Source of the DNA: Camelus ferus
Lineage: Eukaryota
NCBI RefSeq assembly: GCF_009834535.1
Contig: NC_045697.1
Coordinates: forward strand, 77,626,001 to 77,690,000
Reading direction: 5' to 3'
DNA: 64,000 nt
The translations under genes were made by a program, and so were the position numbers. The notes beneath the pieces are model-generated. The model had not been told where the DNA came from. It saw only the letters and a program-made list of their open reading frames with translations, and made no database searches. Shown piece by piece: positions 27,080 to 39,815 of this stretch; position 1 is the stretch's first letter, and every line of letters begins with the position of its first letter.

Positions 27080-27723
27080 CAGTAATCCTCCCTTACCTGC
27101 AGTTTTGCTTTCTAAGGTTTCAGTTAACTGTGGTCAACAAATATTTTTTACAAAACTGTTAAATAGAAAATTCCAGAAATAAACAATTCATAAGTTTTAA
27201 ATTGTGTGTGCCATTCTGAGCTGGCATGATGAAATCTCAGCACCATCTCATTCCATCCTGCCCAAGACCCCCAACCATCCACATCATCTGCCCCTGACAT
27301 CCAGTCATCAGCATTGTTATGGCCCCATGACCGAGGATCAACTGAAGCAGAAGACCCTCCCTCTGACTTAGCATCACTACTGTGGCAGCCCAGCGCTACC
27401 TCACGATGCCTGTGTCATTCACTTCATTGCCTCTCATCACGTGGGCATCGTGTCACATCACATCACCACAAGAAGGGTAAGTACGGTACAGTGAGATATT
27501 TGAGAGACAGAGAGAGACCACATTCACGTAACTTCTTTAAAGTACATTGTAGACTGTTCTCTTTTATTATTAGTTATTGTGCTTAATTTATCAATTGAGC
27601 TTTATCATAGGTAAGTATGTATAAGAAAAAACATAGTATATGTAGGATATGGTACTATCCGAGTTTTCAGGCACCCACCGGGAGTTTTAGGACATATCCC
27701 CTGCAGATGAGGGGAAGCCACTG
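27080..27723 (+). mobile_element. MER44 (Tc1/mariner Tigger-derived non-autonomous element), near full length
   Basis: TIRs cagtaatcctcccttacctgcag / ctgcagatgaggggaagccactg followed by TA; internal aaaattccagaaataaacaattcataagttttaaattg. Confidence 0.85.
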
Positions 27724-28764
27724 TAATTTCCCTATCAATTTGGTGGCACATGATTGACATTCCATTCCTCTCATGAACTAGAACTCAACAATGCATCAGA
27801 CACACGGGTGGGTGGTCTCATATCTGACTGTCAGCCCGTCTTCCAGCTGCAGAAATGTCATTCATTTCTGGGATCTTTGCAGTCCAAGAACTTCACCCTG
27901 GACATCCTGCCCTTCACTAACTGTCAGTACTGTCTTGGGTTATAGAAATTCACCTGACCTGTTTAACAGGATTTAACAGGGTTAATCTTGCTCTCATTCT
28001 AACTAGAATTTATGAACATTGCTTACATTCCCAGCTATGACTGTCTAAGCTGTGGAATGCCTGACGTTTGATGTAATCAGCCTACTCATTTAGTCTGCCT
28101 AAGACTTTTTTTGGACACACAGTTACATGAGTTAATAACCATGGAGTTCAAATCTCCAACAGTAAGAATGAACTCTTGTGCTCTTGAGAGTCCAACTAGT
28201 CCTTCCTCCTTCAGGTAGATCATGGCATTTTTCTCATACTGAATAGGTAAACGACATAATGACTGCCTTCTAGTTAATTATTTTTCATATTACTTGGCTG
28301 GGAGTGTTTTGGCTGTGTTGCCATTTTTTCCATTTTTCACCAATGCTATAGCATACCGATTCTTCAGTATAACTCATCTTTAAATTGTGATTTTTACACT
28401 TTGAAGAAGTTATTAATTATACCAATGCTCAATCTTTTAAACATATTATTATGACTTGCTGATTATCCTTCCTTGACATTCCCCTCCACCTTTCTGCCTG
28501 CACAGAATGGCCTGTCCCTTTGTCAAGTTCCTAGACCCTTAAATTAATTATAAGCTAATTAATAGCCTATCTCTGTACCATGTACCTGTCAAGTTGGTAT
28601 TTACTGTAGGCTGGACCATAATATTATATCAGGACATCAAACTTCTAATTCCAGGATCTGGTGCATCATTAAAAAACAAAACAAACAACCTCTTTTGACA
28701 TTGCTAGACGTGGCAAATCTCACCAATGTCAGCTCAAATAAATAGAAGTGAAATTTTCATGCAG

Positions 28765-29011
28765 ACTAGACTCCAGTGCTGTTTTTCATTTACCTTTACA
28801 ATATTTCTTTCTATGAATATAATACAATATATATGACACAAGTTTTCCAATTACTTCATTCGCTCAATTATTCTTTAATGGGACTTCTGAATCTGTGGAT
28901 AAGGTCAAAAATTTCATGTTCTGATTTCATGTTATACATTTGTAGAGTAAATGCAAACCAGGTTCAGAAGAAAAGGGCAGGGTTGTATAGAAATAACCCA
29001 TCCCAAGAAAT
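28765..29011 (+). repeat. Local direct duplication, copy 1 (~245 bp)
   Basis: Aligns by eye with 30404-30808; identical blocks tcaattattctttaatgg, ctgaatctgtggataaggtcaaaa and tagagtaaatgcaaa. Confidence 0.9.
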
Positions 29012-29204
29012 CTCAGCCATTTCTTAGGAGGACAAAGAGCTTTGCTCCTCAAAGGGTAGTGACAACCAGCATCATCTAAGATTAAGAATCTGTATTTCTA
29101 AATACTGACTTCCTGAAAAAGAGTTCTCATTTATTAGGATTCCTCCGGTGATTTGGATGCACATTAAAGTTTGAGCAACAGTGTAGTAGAAAGTTTAGTT
29201 CTCT

Positions 29205-29478
29205 ATCAAGAAAACTGGGAGTTCAAGATTTGCAGATACTAACTACTATATATAAAATAGATAAACAACACGTTTATACTAACTATATAGTACAGGGAAC
29301 TATATTCAGTATCTTATAGTAACCTATAATGAAAAAGAATATGAAAGGGAATATCACGTATGTATATGTATGACTGAAACATTAAACTGTACACCAGAAA
29401 TTGACTATACTTCAATTTAAAAAAGGTTAAAAGTTAAATAAAAATTAAATTAAATGAAAAGATGCAACTAAAAAAAAC
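29205..29478 (+). mobile_element. L1 3' UTR end, 5'-truncated
   Basis: gggagttcaagatttgcagatactaactac...cagggaactatattcagtatctt...tgactatacttcaat plus an A-rich tail; TSD aaagtttagttctct (29190) / aaaggtagttccct (29479). Confidence 0.9.
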
Positions 29479-30403
29479 AAAGGTAGTTCCCTGCACTTTG
29501 ATTCCACCCCAACCCACAATCCTTATGTAGATACTTTTATAAGAAATGAGGGCCATAGGGAGTAGTTATGAATATTTCAGATATTGGAAAGGCTATCTTC
29601 CACTATAAACCAATAAAATTGGCACAAAGCTTATAGTATATTCACATAGTACTATAATGGCATTAAGACTGTATTTGTTGACGTCCTTTTCCAATTTATT
29701 GATGACAAATGTGAACACTTTATATTAATATCACTTTCCCCCAAGAGAACTTGCATCATCATCAGTGGGGTGATGAGCCCGAGAGTACAGGTGACTCAAG
29801 AAGCCATTTATCAGAAGTCAGCTATGGTGCTGCTCTTTCCAAACTTACACAGGTACCTAATCTGCAGAAAGGATCTTAATGACACATAATGAGCCAGGAT
29901 GGATGTAGTTACTGTCTCCCTGCTTGGGTGTTGCACAAGAGTCATGGCCAACATAAGCACCGTTTGTAGTTAAGTCCTTAAACAGATTCTCCTTGCTTTG
30001 AAGACCTGAACTAATTCCAAATGGAACAACTGCAATCACTATGAAAAGGACGTCTGCCAAGAAACACATCGGTAAAGATGGAAATTCTAGCACTTCAAAA
30101 GAGCTAATTTTAGGTGCCAGAATCCATCAATTGTTGAAACTTTTCTCTCTCATGTTGTCATGAGGCACTGCCTCATTCGTTTTGGTCTGACTTGTACTCT
30201 CACTTTCAACACAAGCTCCCCGAAGTGTATTAAAATGCTTATCTGAGAAGGCTGGTGCCCAGCAGGCCACAGTGTAAGAGAGTCCATGTCAGCTGGAGGA
30301 GGAACTTGGGGTGGTTCAAGGCAGAGGGAAAGGGGGACTGGGCAGCAGACCAGGCAGACCGAAGAACAAAGGAGAGACAGAGAAGCAGTGCGAGGTGGTT
30401 CCA

Positions 30404-30808
30404 ACTAGGCTGCAGTGGTGTTTTCCGTTTATCTTTACAGTACATTTTTTTCTATAAATATATCATATTATATTATACTTATACACAGTATAATACAAGT
30501 TTCCCAAATCCTTCATTAGTTCAATTATTCTTTAATGGCACTCCTGAATCTGTGGATAAGGTCAAAAGTTTCACACTGATTTCATGTTTTGTATTTATAG
30601 AGTAAATGCAAATCAGGTTCAGAAGAACGATATTTAGAGCAGGGTATAAAAATAATCCATTCCATGGCAGGAAGGGTATAGCTCAGTGGTACAGCACATG
30701 CTCAGCATGCACGAGGTCCTGGGTTCAATCCCCAGTACCTCCATTAAAAAACAAACAAACAAACATGGAAAACAAACAAATAAAAAAAAAAAATCCATCC
30801 CAAGAAAT
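30404..30808 (+). repeat. Local direct duplication, copy 2, interrupted by a SINE
   Basis: See copy 1; the alignment resumes after the SINE with ccatcccaagaaat. Confidence 0.9.
30666..30788 (+). mobile_element. Camelid tRNA-derived SINE (Vic-1 type)
   Basis: gggtatagctcagtggt...gaggtcctgggttcaatccccagtacctcc plus an A-rich tail; TSD aatccattcca / aatccatccca. Confidence 0.9.
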
Positions 30809-32269
30809 AAAGAGAGATAAAGAGGGAAAACAAAACCACAGCAGCCTCTTGGGACCAAGAAAGGATTATTTCCCAGCTACCCATTTCCAGTGCCCACTGT
30901 GCAAGGTGAGAAACCCAAATAAACATACAGGATATCCAGGCAGATGGGGTCCTGGCCAGCAGCCCCCTACTCAAGATGCTGATGTGAAGAATGTCACCAA
31001 AGCCATTCCTAAACTGAGCAGTTTACCACAGTAAAGGCTGCTGATTTGGTTCTAGAAAAGAAGTGAATCAGTCTATCTACATCTAGGTGACCACAAATCA
31101 GGATAAAGATGAGACAGAAAAAGACAATTATTAGAGGCAGAAAAAGATTTTGGAATAAAACAGATAGGGTTTTGAATTGTATCTGGACCATTTTTCTGCT
31201 ATTTTCCTGTTAAAGTGTCTTTCTCAGACTGATATTTACCTGCCGACATAGAAAAATCTCCACTTAGAAAAGACCTCCATAGAAAAATATGTTATAAGCA
31301 CCCCAAAATTGATAAATTTTTCCCTATGGATTTTAGAGAGGTTAATAACTTTCTAATCATATTCTTAGTTGAGTCCTTATTTTTTTCTTTAAAACAAGCA
31401 CATCATAAAGTGAGTGAACAATTGTGAAAAAGTAAAAATCTGAGTGGAAACTATTTCATTTCTGCATTATGCTCCATACACTTTCAAAAATAACTGGAAA
31501 ATCCATGTAATCAAGTTCACGCAACATTCTCACTGCTTGAATTGCCAACCTTGATCACAGAGGCTGCAAAAATTAAACTCATAAGATTTGTGTTCTTTGC
31601 TTATGTAGATTGATCTAGATTTTTTTCCATGGTTCTCTATAAATACCCAAAGATACTGGTAATTTCCATTTTATTGCATGTCACTATATTGTCTGACAAA
31701 AGGGAATCTCACACAGGACCACTTGTCAATAGCCAATATCTAAAACTGATGATTTCTCAACAATTAAGGAAAGTTAAGCAACCATTTTCAAAAATCCTCC
31801 ATTTTGCACTTTAAAAAGCTAAAAATGTGGGAAAAAATTTTTTAAAAGCAGAATACTTAAAACATCTTCCCTGACATAATTTAAATGATTTTGGATACTC
31901 TTTCACTGGGTGATCCTTTTATTTTGACACTTTAATCTTATTATTGGGTAATAATATATATTGACAATTTAAAAATAAAAACAGAACTTTAAAATGAAAC
32001 TGAAATTCTTAGCCAAATTTCTATACCTCTTAATTGCAGTAAGTTGCACATGACAAGAGAGATTCTGAGGTCTTCTAATACCATTATTATAGTAATGAGT
32101 CACCATGAGGCCAGTATTTGGGTGTGAATGATAAGACAGGTGTTTGGGTATGTCAGGAGATTTATATGTAATTATTTACCAGAAGTTTTTTTACTAATTA
32201 GAGCAATATGAGATTTGATATGCTTTCCATTCATAAGAGCCAGCACTCTGGGGCCATAAAGAAGTCGAG

Positions 32270-32510
32270 AAGGCAATATATTGTCATCATTAAGAAGAGG
32301 GACTTTGGAATGAGAGATCCTGGACTTAATACCTGCTTCTGCCACTTACTAGTGGTACAATTTTGTGGCAAATTACTTAGCTTCTCAGTTTCCTCATCAG
32401 TAAAAAGGAAATAATGAGCCCCTGGTTGCCTAGGAATATTGTGAAGATTAACTTCATGGATTGCGCTAGATGCATATGATAATCAGCTAATGAATACTAA
32501 TCTTATTAGA
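32270..32510 (+). mobile_element. MIR SINE
   Basis: gactttggaatgagag...ctgccacttactag...ctcagtttcctcatcagtaaaa. Confidence 0.8.
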
Positions 32511-33114
32511 GAAGTTGTAGCAGTCAACAATAAGAGGTCATTACCTGAAAATATGAACATCTCTAAAGTCTAAACTGTATAGAAATCCTAGCAGTAAAAA
32601 GGAAACTTAACCTAATACAGGATAACAGCAAAATGAATATTCACATGAGATGTATTCAGTTCTAAATAGTGGACTCCTCTTGATTTGGTTCTTGGCACAC
32701 CCTCACCCCCCTAAAACATTTTTACAGCTTAATACTGGTTGGATTACTATAATAAGAAACAGTTTTCCTTAGAGATTCCTGAAAGATCACATCTTACATC
32801 ATACCAGTCCCTATTGTGGACCTTTCTCTTTGCTGATCTTTAACTGAAGACACCATCAAAGAGGAAACTGCTGAGCAAAAAATTCACCTGTCACAACGGA
32901 TTCTCATCAGTTATTTCCCAGACATTATTTTACAGCTGCGATTGTCACATTATTACGGTTATAAAATCTTTATCTGCCTAAACTTCAGCTCTCTACCACC
33001 CAGTTCTGGATCACGCACGTCTAGAAAACAGCAGAATTCTCTCAAGCACAGAAAGACCATTTAGTCAGTGAAAATACAGATAGCGCCATGTTTGGCCTTT
33101 TTGCCAGGGAGTGC

Positions 33115-33275
33115 CAGCTTCTTAAGTTTGAACATATTTGAACAAATGAAACATCTGGAGATCGTGTCAAAATGCAGATTTTGATTCAGTTGGTCTTAGG
33201 TGGGACCTGAGATGCTGCATTTCTAGCAGGCTCCCCCGTGATGCTGCCAGTCCACACATAAATCAAACTCTAAGT
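33115..33275. mobile_element. MER5A
   Basis: aaaatgcagattttgattcagttggtct...gggacctgaga..ctgcatttctagcaggctccc..gtgatgctg. Confidence 0.75.
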
Positions 33276-33303
33276 AGTGAGGATTATGACAACTAGGTCA
33301 CTA

Positions 33304-33305
<2 letters not shown>

Positions 33306-33351
<46 letters not shown>
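33306..33351. repeat. (GT)23 microsatellite
   Basis: Perfect dinucleotide run seen directly. Confidence 0.98.
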
Positions 33352-33352
<1 letters not shown>

Positions 33353-34884
33353 GGGTGGCTAAAAATATTTCAGACATTTTTAGATGAAGAAGGAGGAGGC
33401 ACTTACTGCACTGTCCTAGAAACCTTATTTCAAAATGAGCATTTGGTTCTTCCAAATTTTGCTTTTTCAAACTGGCAAAGACAATTTTTTGTCTCTCAAA
33501 ATGAGGATGTCAAACCTACGTGACCTCCTCCCTGAATAAAGACCTTAGCCTTTTAGGCAGCAGGAAGGACACAGCAGCTGATGAACTACTTCTCTGACAT
33601 ACTCTTCGTCACCTTCATATGTCATAATCAGTCTGTGTTAGCTTGTAAGGGCACTGACATCTCTGCAGAAAATTACAAACAGAATGCATGTACACTGGGA
33701 AAATTTCCTGGAGTTATAGATAAGACTTTTCCAATTTAATAATAATAATAGTCAGCTGTAATAGTCAGTAAATTTGTGGAAACAATACCATTTTGTAGAA
33801 AATAAGTGGCCTTTTGAAACCTTATGTAAGAACTTACTTAATTGCTCATACAACATATTTATCTTTGAAACAGAATGACAGCATTTACCACTTAGCTATC
33901 TCTCTTGAGAGATACTGGGATAATTTAATACATGATTATTAGACAGTGGGCCAAAACTTAATTGATAGTGGAACAAGATGAGAAATATCCTCTGTAAGCA
34001 TGGCAATTCTTAAAGAACTTATTTGTTGATCTAAAATCCACAAGAGTGGTTGGGTGGATGGTGCCATGGAAAGAAAATAAAGTGTAAGAAATGCTCCTTT
34101 AAGATTCATAAAATGTTGACAAATTTTATTCTCCGTGTAAATCTCATTCTTAAAAAAGAAAGTTTTCTTTCTGATGTTTTGAAAATTAAACCTTTAAATC
34201 TTATGCTCCCAAGTGAAAAAAGAATTGGAAAGCATTATAATCTTAAAAATTTTCAGTATGGTTTTACAGATGTAAACAAAACTAGCAGATCTTTGTCTAA
34301 AACGGGATCCCCTGCACTTTCCAATGCCATTCCTGAAATAACTCTAGAGATGGAATAATGGGCTGTTTCTTACTTTGTAGTTTCTTAATGCAAAGTAAGC
34401 AGCTTTACAGGGCTTAGCTGTCTCCGCTGACCTAACAGCATTCTTTACTTCATTTACAGTGAAACAGAAATAGTTTTTTCTCCAACCACGATTTTACACC
34501 AAGGCCCAGACCTTATGAAAAACACCAATTCCTCTTTTATTTAGAAAAGTTAAGGGATGTAAAGAGTATCAGTGTTGTGTCATCAATAGCAATTTTTAAT
34601 GTGAAGTTTAACCTCTGACTTGCCTCTCTCCAGTTATTTTTTTAGTCTATCTCTTCCACAGACCCAAACTGTCTGAATTTCTTATCAGCCGCCAGCTTCC
34701 GTCCTGTGCCGTCACTGCTGGGTGGAAGAGGTGGCCTGTGCTGCACAGAAATGCAAAGGAAGCAGCAATGGAATGACCAAGATAGGGGCCTTCATGCCAT
34801 GCCGTCTCTAACAATGAAGCTCCATCTCTTACTTGTAATTACCTTGGAGGAGAAATGCTATTCTGGCTGCTGGGAGGCCAAAAA

Positions 34885-35095
34885 TGTGGTAGAAGTAGAA
34901 AAGACAAGGGCTTTGAGAGAGGGAGAGGGGGAGAGATCTGACTCAAAATCCTACCCTTTTGACAGTTATGAATCTGGTGACTGAGCCCCAGGTTCTCACC
35001 TGTCAAATGGACAGAATATCTTCATGGCAGCATTATTCTGAGAATTAAATGAGTAATACATTTAAAGCACATGATGGGCACTTAATATCCTTTAT
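34885..35095 (+). mobile_element. MIR SINE
   Basis: ctgagccccaggttctcacctgtcaaatgg...tgagaattaaatgagtaatacatttaaagcac. Confidence 0.7.
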
Positions 35096-35811
35096 TAACC
35101 CCAATAAATTTCTAGCAAATTTGGGGCACAACTGATAATATATTTTTAAAAGTCCATGAAAATAGAATTTTAAAGTCTATATTGACTGTTGCATGTATAC
35201 ACTCACCTAGACAAAAACTTTTACTTCTTCAAAGTTTTCAGATGATAAATTATTTTCATTGCTTGCTTAAAATTAAACCATGATCCGAATGTATTTTTTA
35301 ATGACTTCGTGGTGTTAGAAACCCTCTTATATTTAGTCACACATATTTATTCGTGTGCTAATAGTACTGACACATCATTAAAAATGTATTTAAAAATGCA
35401 GGCACAAATAATGATTTGCCCCGAGACCTTAGTGTTTAGAAACCTTTCTTACCTATAGCCAAAACAAAAACAAAAAATGATGGCTATAAAATCTACTGAA
35501 AATATTTAAGTGTATTTTATTATAAACTGGATAATATTTTACAAAATCAAAGTTTAAAAATCTGTACAAGTATCAGGATTTGACTATGCTCTAGATGCTT
35601 GTTGGAATATACATGATTTTTATTCTAATACAATTTCATTCTTTTCAGACAGTCAGAGAGATCCATGTTGTCCTGGTCATATATTCATATCTAGACCCAG
35701 AGGTAGCTCAAAAAGCCATGGCAGAATGCCTACATTTTCCAGGTATATTTTAAATAATCAGAATCACTTGGGCAGATAAACAGACCCGAGGCTCTTTTAT
35801 CTTTCTAAACC

Positions 35812-35965
35812 ACAGGTTCTCATTACCTCATCTCCAGGGGGAGTTTTTAAACCTCCTAATCCCCACTTCCAGAGATGTTAAGGTGATTTTGCATTGGTGA
35901 CAGTAAAAGCCTCCCAGGTGATTCTAATGTGGGAAATGCAAGTCAAATTAAGAACCAACTATCCT
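35812..35965. mobile_element. MER5A-like fragment
   Basis: caggttctca...ccccacttccagagat...cctcccaggtgattctaatgtg...taagaacca. Confidence 0.55.
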
Positions 35966-38459
35966 AAATAATGAGAATGGCTACAATGCAGTGCAGGAAT
36001 GGTAAAGCACAAAAGCATTAAAAAAAAAAAATAGAAAGAAAGAAAGACACTGAATACACGTTCTGTTAAGAATAGTGCCTTAGTGGGCATACCTCCAAAC
36101 GTGTCTGCTGTCTTTTCTTTAAATACTTATTCCACAAGAAACAACAACCAAAAAAGGACAGAACACTAAGGAGACAAAAGAAAACCAGAGCCTACTGAAA
36201 AAGGAAGATTCCATCAGAGCCACTATGAAAATGCAAGAGACAAATAGTTGTTATCACAGTGGGTACAATCTAAATATTCAGGAAGTTAAAATGCTGTTAG
36301 AGTGGGAGGTGTGTCAGGAAAGAGGATTAGGTGACAAGTGACCTGGAATTAGGATGTGATGCTCCCCGCAGGAGAGAACCATGCAGAGGGCGTAGCGAAA
36401 GTAAGGGCGTTTCAAAGACGCTTCCATGCCTGACTGTGCTCAGTCTAAAATCTTACTACTGTTCATGAACAGGAAGAAAAGGGCTCCCTTTGTGATGAAA
36501 CACATGCTTTCTTTTCAGGAGGGAAAGGACAGAAGGATTGAATTAGTTCCTCTAAGCAGTTAGTTTTGTACTTCCTTGGTTAAACAAATAAACACTTGAT
36601 TAATAAATATCTGTCTTGGAGGAAAATGTAGCACAAAACTAAAAACAGCATCCACACTGAAAGCATAAAATTATTCCTCAAAAAAATGTTCCTATGGTTG
36701 CCCATGGCCGGATATTTACGGCTATCGCAAGCCACGGCAAAACTGGATGCCCCTTCCCTCACTCACTTAACCAATTTGTAACAACCTGTGCAAAGGGGTT
36801 TATCCTCTTTCGGACCTGTTTTTTGCAAAGATTTGGAGAGGGGGACGGTCCAAGAGTAAAAGGCCTGGGTCTCCTTGGTTTCCTTGTAGCAAGACCAAAG
36901 CCCAGGAGGAGTTAGATGTTCATGAGGGAAAGGCTCAAACATTTTATTCACCCCTACTTTCAAATAACCACTAACCTCCCTTGTTCCCTCCACAGGTTAC
37001 TGCTGACTGAAGCATAATAGGAAAATCATTTGGAAAATGCAACGTAAAGCAAAAAGAGCCAGATGCCAAATAATATTACACAGTATTGGTGGGGGTGACT
37101 GAACGAATAACCTGTAAAATATTTCATAAAGCTATTTTAACTTTAGAAAGAAAACCAACAGCAGTTCAGTAAACATTTACTGAGTACCTCAAGGAATTAC
37201 CTGTCTGTATGGGGGATATAAAAATGCCCTCACTGGGGTTATACATGTTGAATTAGCCTAATGACACTTTGTTTCATTATGTTAAGTACAGTTTTTTTAA
37301 AGGAGAAGTAGGAAATATGTACCCATGAAGCGAAGAATGAACTAGAGACCAGTGCTTAATATTTTGACATCTAACCACAAATCCTTTTCTAGGAACAGTA
37401 AGGATTAAACAAATACATTTAAATAGTGATTAGATACTCAGTTACTTTGTATATGAACACAATGATAATCCAGAGTTGATGGATGTAGCACCACTGAAAA
37501 CTAAGTTTACCAAGTCAGTTAATTATGCTTTCATACATAGTTTAAGCAAGCCATTACACTATCTTCTTGTACTTACTTATAAGCTGGTGCATTTATTAAC
37601 ATAAATTACTTAAAAATCTAATCATAGTACACCTTCCTGCTTTACTCAATGTTATATAAGGGTGCATCTCTCCATGTCAGCACATATTCATCTGTCTCCA
37701 CAGAAACAGATGTAGGGCTACCTAGTGACCACTGTACAGATGGGCCATAATTCAAGTAACCTCATTTTGAATATCACAAAAATTTTAAACCAAAGATGAT
37801 GTAATTTATTTCAAGCCACCTAAGGGATCAACCTACACATTTTGTCCCATCATAACCTATTTACTGAGATAAAAACTCAGCTCTGATAGAACACTTCCAC
37901 TCTTATTAACATCTTTCTGTAACCCTGGAGTGCTCCTTGTCAAGAACCAGGGCAAAATATAACAACCATTCTGCAGTTAGTGACCAAGAAGTTGGATAAT
38001 ATACTAAGTTAAACAAATAGTCATGACTCACAAAACCTTAGCTTCAGCTCTAATACTAAACTTACTTATGTTGTTGCTTTATTTTATCTATTCTAATCAC
38101 TTCCAGACTTACTTTGTTATTTGCAGTTTTTTTCTTTCCTTTATCTATAAAATGGAGGCAATCATGTACCCAATAGAATTATGGTAGTGCTGCAATACTG
38201 GATGCTTTATTAAATTTTTCCTTTATTCATTTAGTCAACAGACTTGTATGGAGTGCCTACCATGTGCCAAGATACCAGAGCATCTGGGGGCATCTTTTAC
38301 CAGTTTTGCCAGGCTCCCTATAGCACCCAGGGGAACGAGACAGACAAAATCTTTTACTGTCATGGGATTTGTAATATAGGGGGACTGCTAGTCAATAATA
38401 TATATGAGGGCAATAGAAAAATTTGATGACTAAAGTTATTTTGCTTAATCATATGAAGA

Positions 38460-39001
38460 AAAATAAATGTTTTCAATTTAAATTAGTGACATTTAGATTT
38501 TTACTATAAAAACAAGAAATGCGCATGATAAAAAAAAGTCAAATAATATAGGAAGAGTGGAAAACTCAAGCCAGGTCTCCTTCCCTCTCCCACTGACTCT
38601 CAATTCCACTCCTCAGATTTTATGCATATTTCTGTGTATTAGTATAGGCATATATATATATTTTAATCATATTTTAAATACTATTGTATGCCTTGATGTT
38701 TTTTACTCACAGTGAGTGCCTTTGAGATCTTTTCACATCAGCAAGAGACTCTACCTCAGTCTTTTTAATAGCTTATAGAGAATGCAACGTTACCTGCTAA
38801 GAAACATTTCCTCTGCTGTGAACTTTCTACTTATGCTGTTAGTATCTATCTTACCACTGAGCTATTTATCTTTCTTACTGATTTGTAAGACTTCTTTTAC
38901 TGTGAGAGAAATTGGCACCCAAAGCAAACACTTAAAGAAAATTTAAGTCCTTTTCTTAAACAATACAAGTAAGTGTTTATCACCTGTTCCACTATTAGAC
39001 A

Positions 39002-39063
<62 letters not shown>

Positions 39064-39420
39064 CGCCCACTTGATTTTTCTTAAACAATGTATCTTGTGG
39101 ATCTTCCCATCACAGCACTTGGAGCTTGACCTCATTGTTTTTGCAGTTATGTAGCGTTTCACTTTGTATTACACCAGTTCTCTCCTGGAAAGCGTTCAGA
39201 TTGCCTTTAATTATTTGCTATTACAAACAATGTTCCAAAGACATGCTTGCACATGCATCTTTCTGTACATATACGTAAAGGGGGGAAGTCATGGGCAAAA
39301 TGTACATACAGTTTAAAAATCTTGACAGTTATTGCAAGGTTGTAGCCACTGCTAGTCCCCCAACAGTACACATGACTGCCGGCTCTCCTGTACGCTCAAG
39401 ACACTGATACTGACCAAATT
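38460..39420 (-). mobile_element. Old L1M (L1ME-like) 3' region containing a microsatellite
   Basis: gagatcttttcacatcagca...ctacctcagtctttttaatagct and tttgctattacaaacaatg...tcttgacagttattgc. Confidence 0.55.
39005..39060. repeat. (AC)28 microsatellite
   Basis: Perfect dinucleotide run seen directly. Confidence 0.98.
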
Positions 39421-39479
39421 TTAAAATCTAGCTCCTTCGACTCTTTACCTGGAGTCTTCTCCTTTTACTAGTCCCCCAT

Positions 39480-39815
39480 CTCATCTGCTTCTGCCACCCT
39501 GGCTCCTTGTCGATACGCTATTTTACAGCCAAATAGGGCTTCATCTCCGGCCCTTTCCTCAGTCTGCTACTTCAAAAGCTGCATAGCTCACCCTGACTAT
39601 CTTAGAGTCTTTCCTCAAATGTTGTCTTTCCCAGCATCCCTGCAAAACCAGACCTTCCAACTCCGTCCTGGCCTTCCTGCTTTGCTTTTTGCCACAGCAC
39701 ATATCACCATCAGACATGCTATATATATAAACCATAAATACATACCATATGGTTAACTTATTTCTTTAAGATCTATCCCTTGCTACTAAAATATAAACTT
39801 CATGAAGGCAGGGGT
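39480..39815 (+). mobile_element. L2 3' fragment
   Basis: gccaccctggctccttg...ctcaaatgttgtc...cacagcacatatcacc...tataaacttcatgaaggcaggg. Confidence 0.65.
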
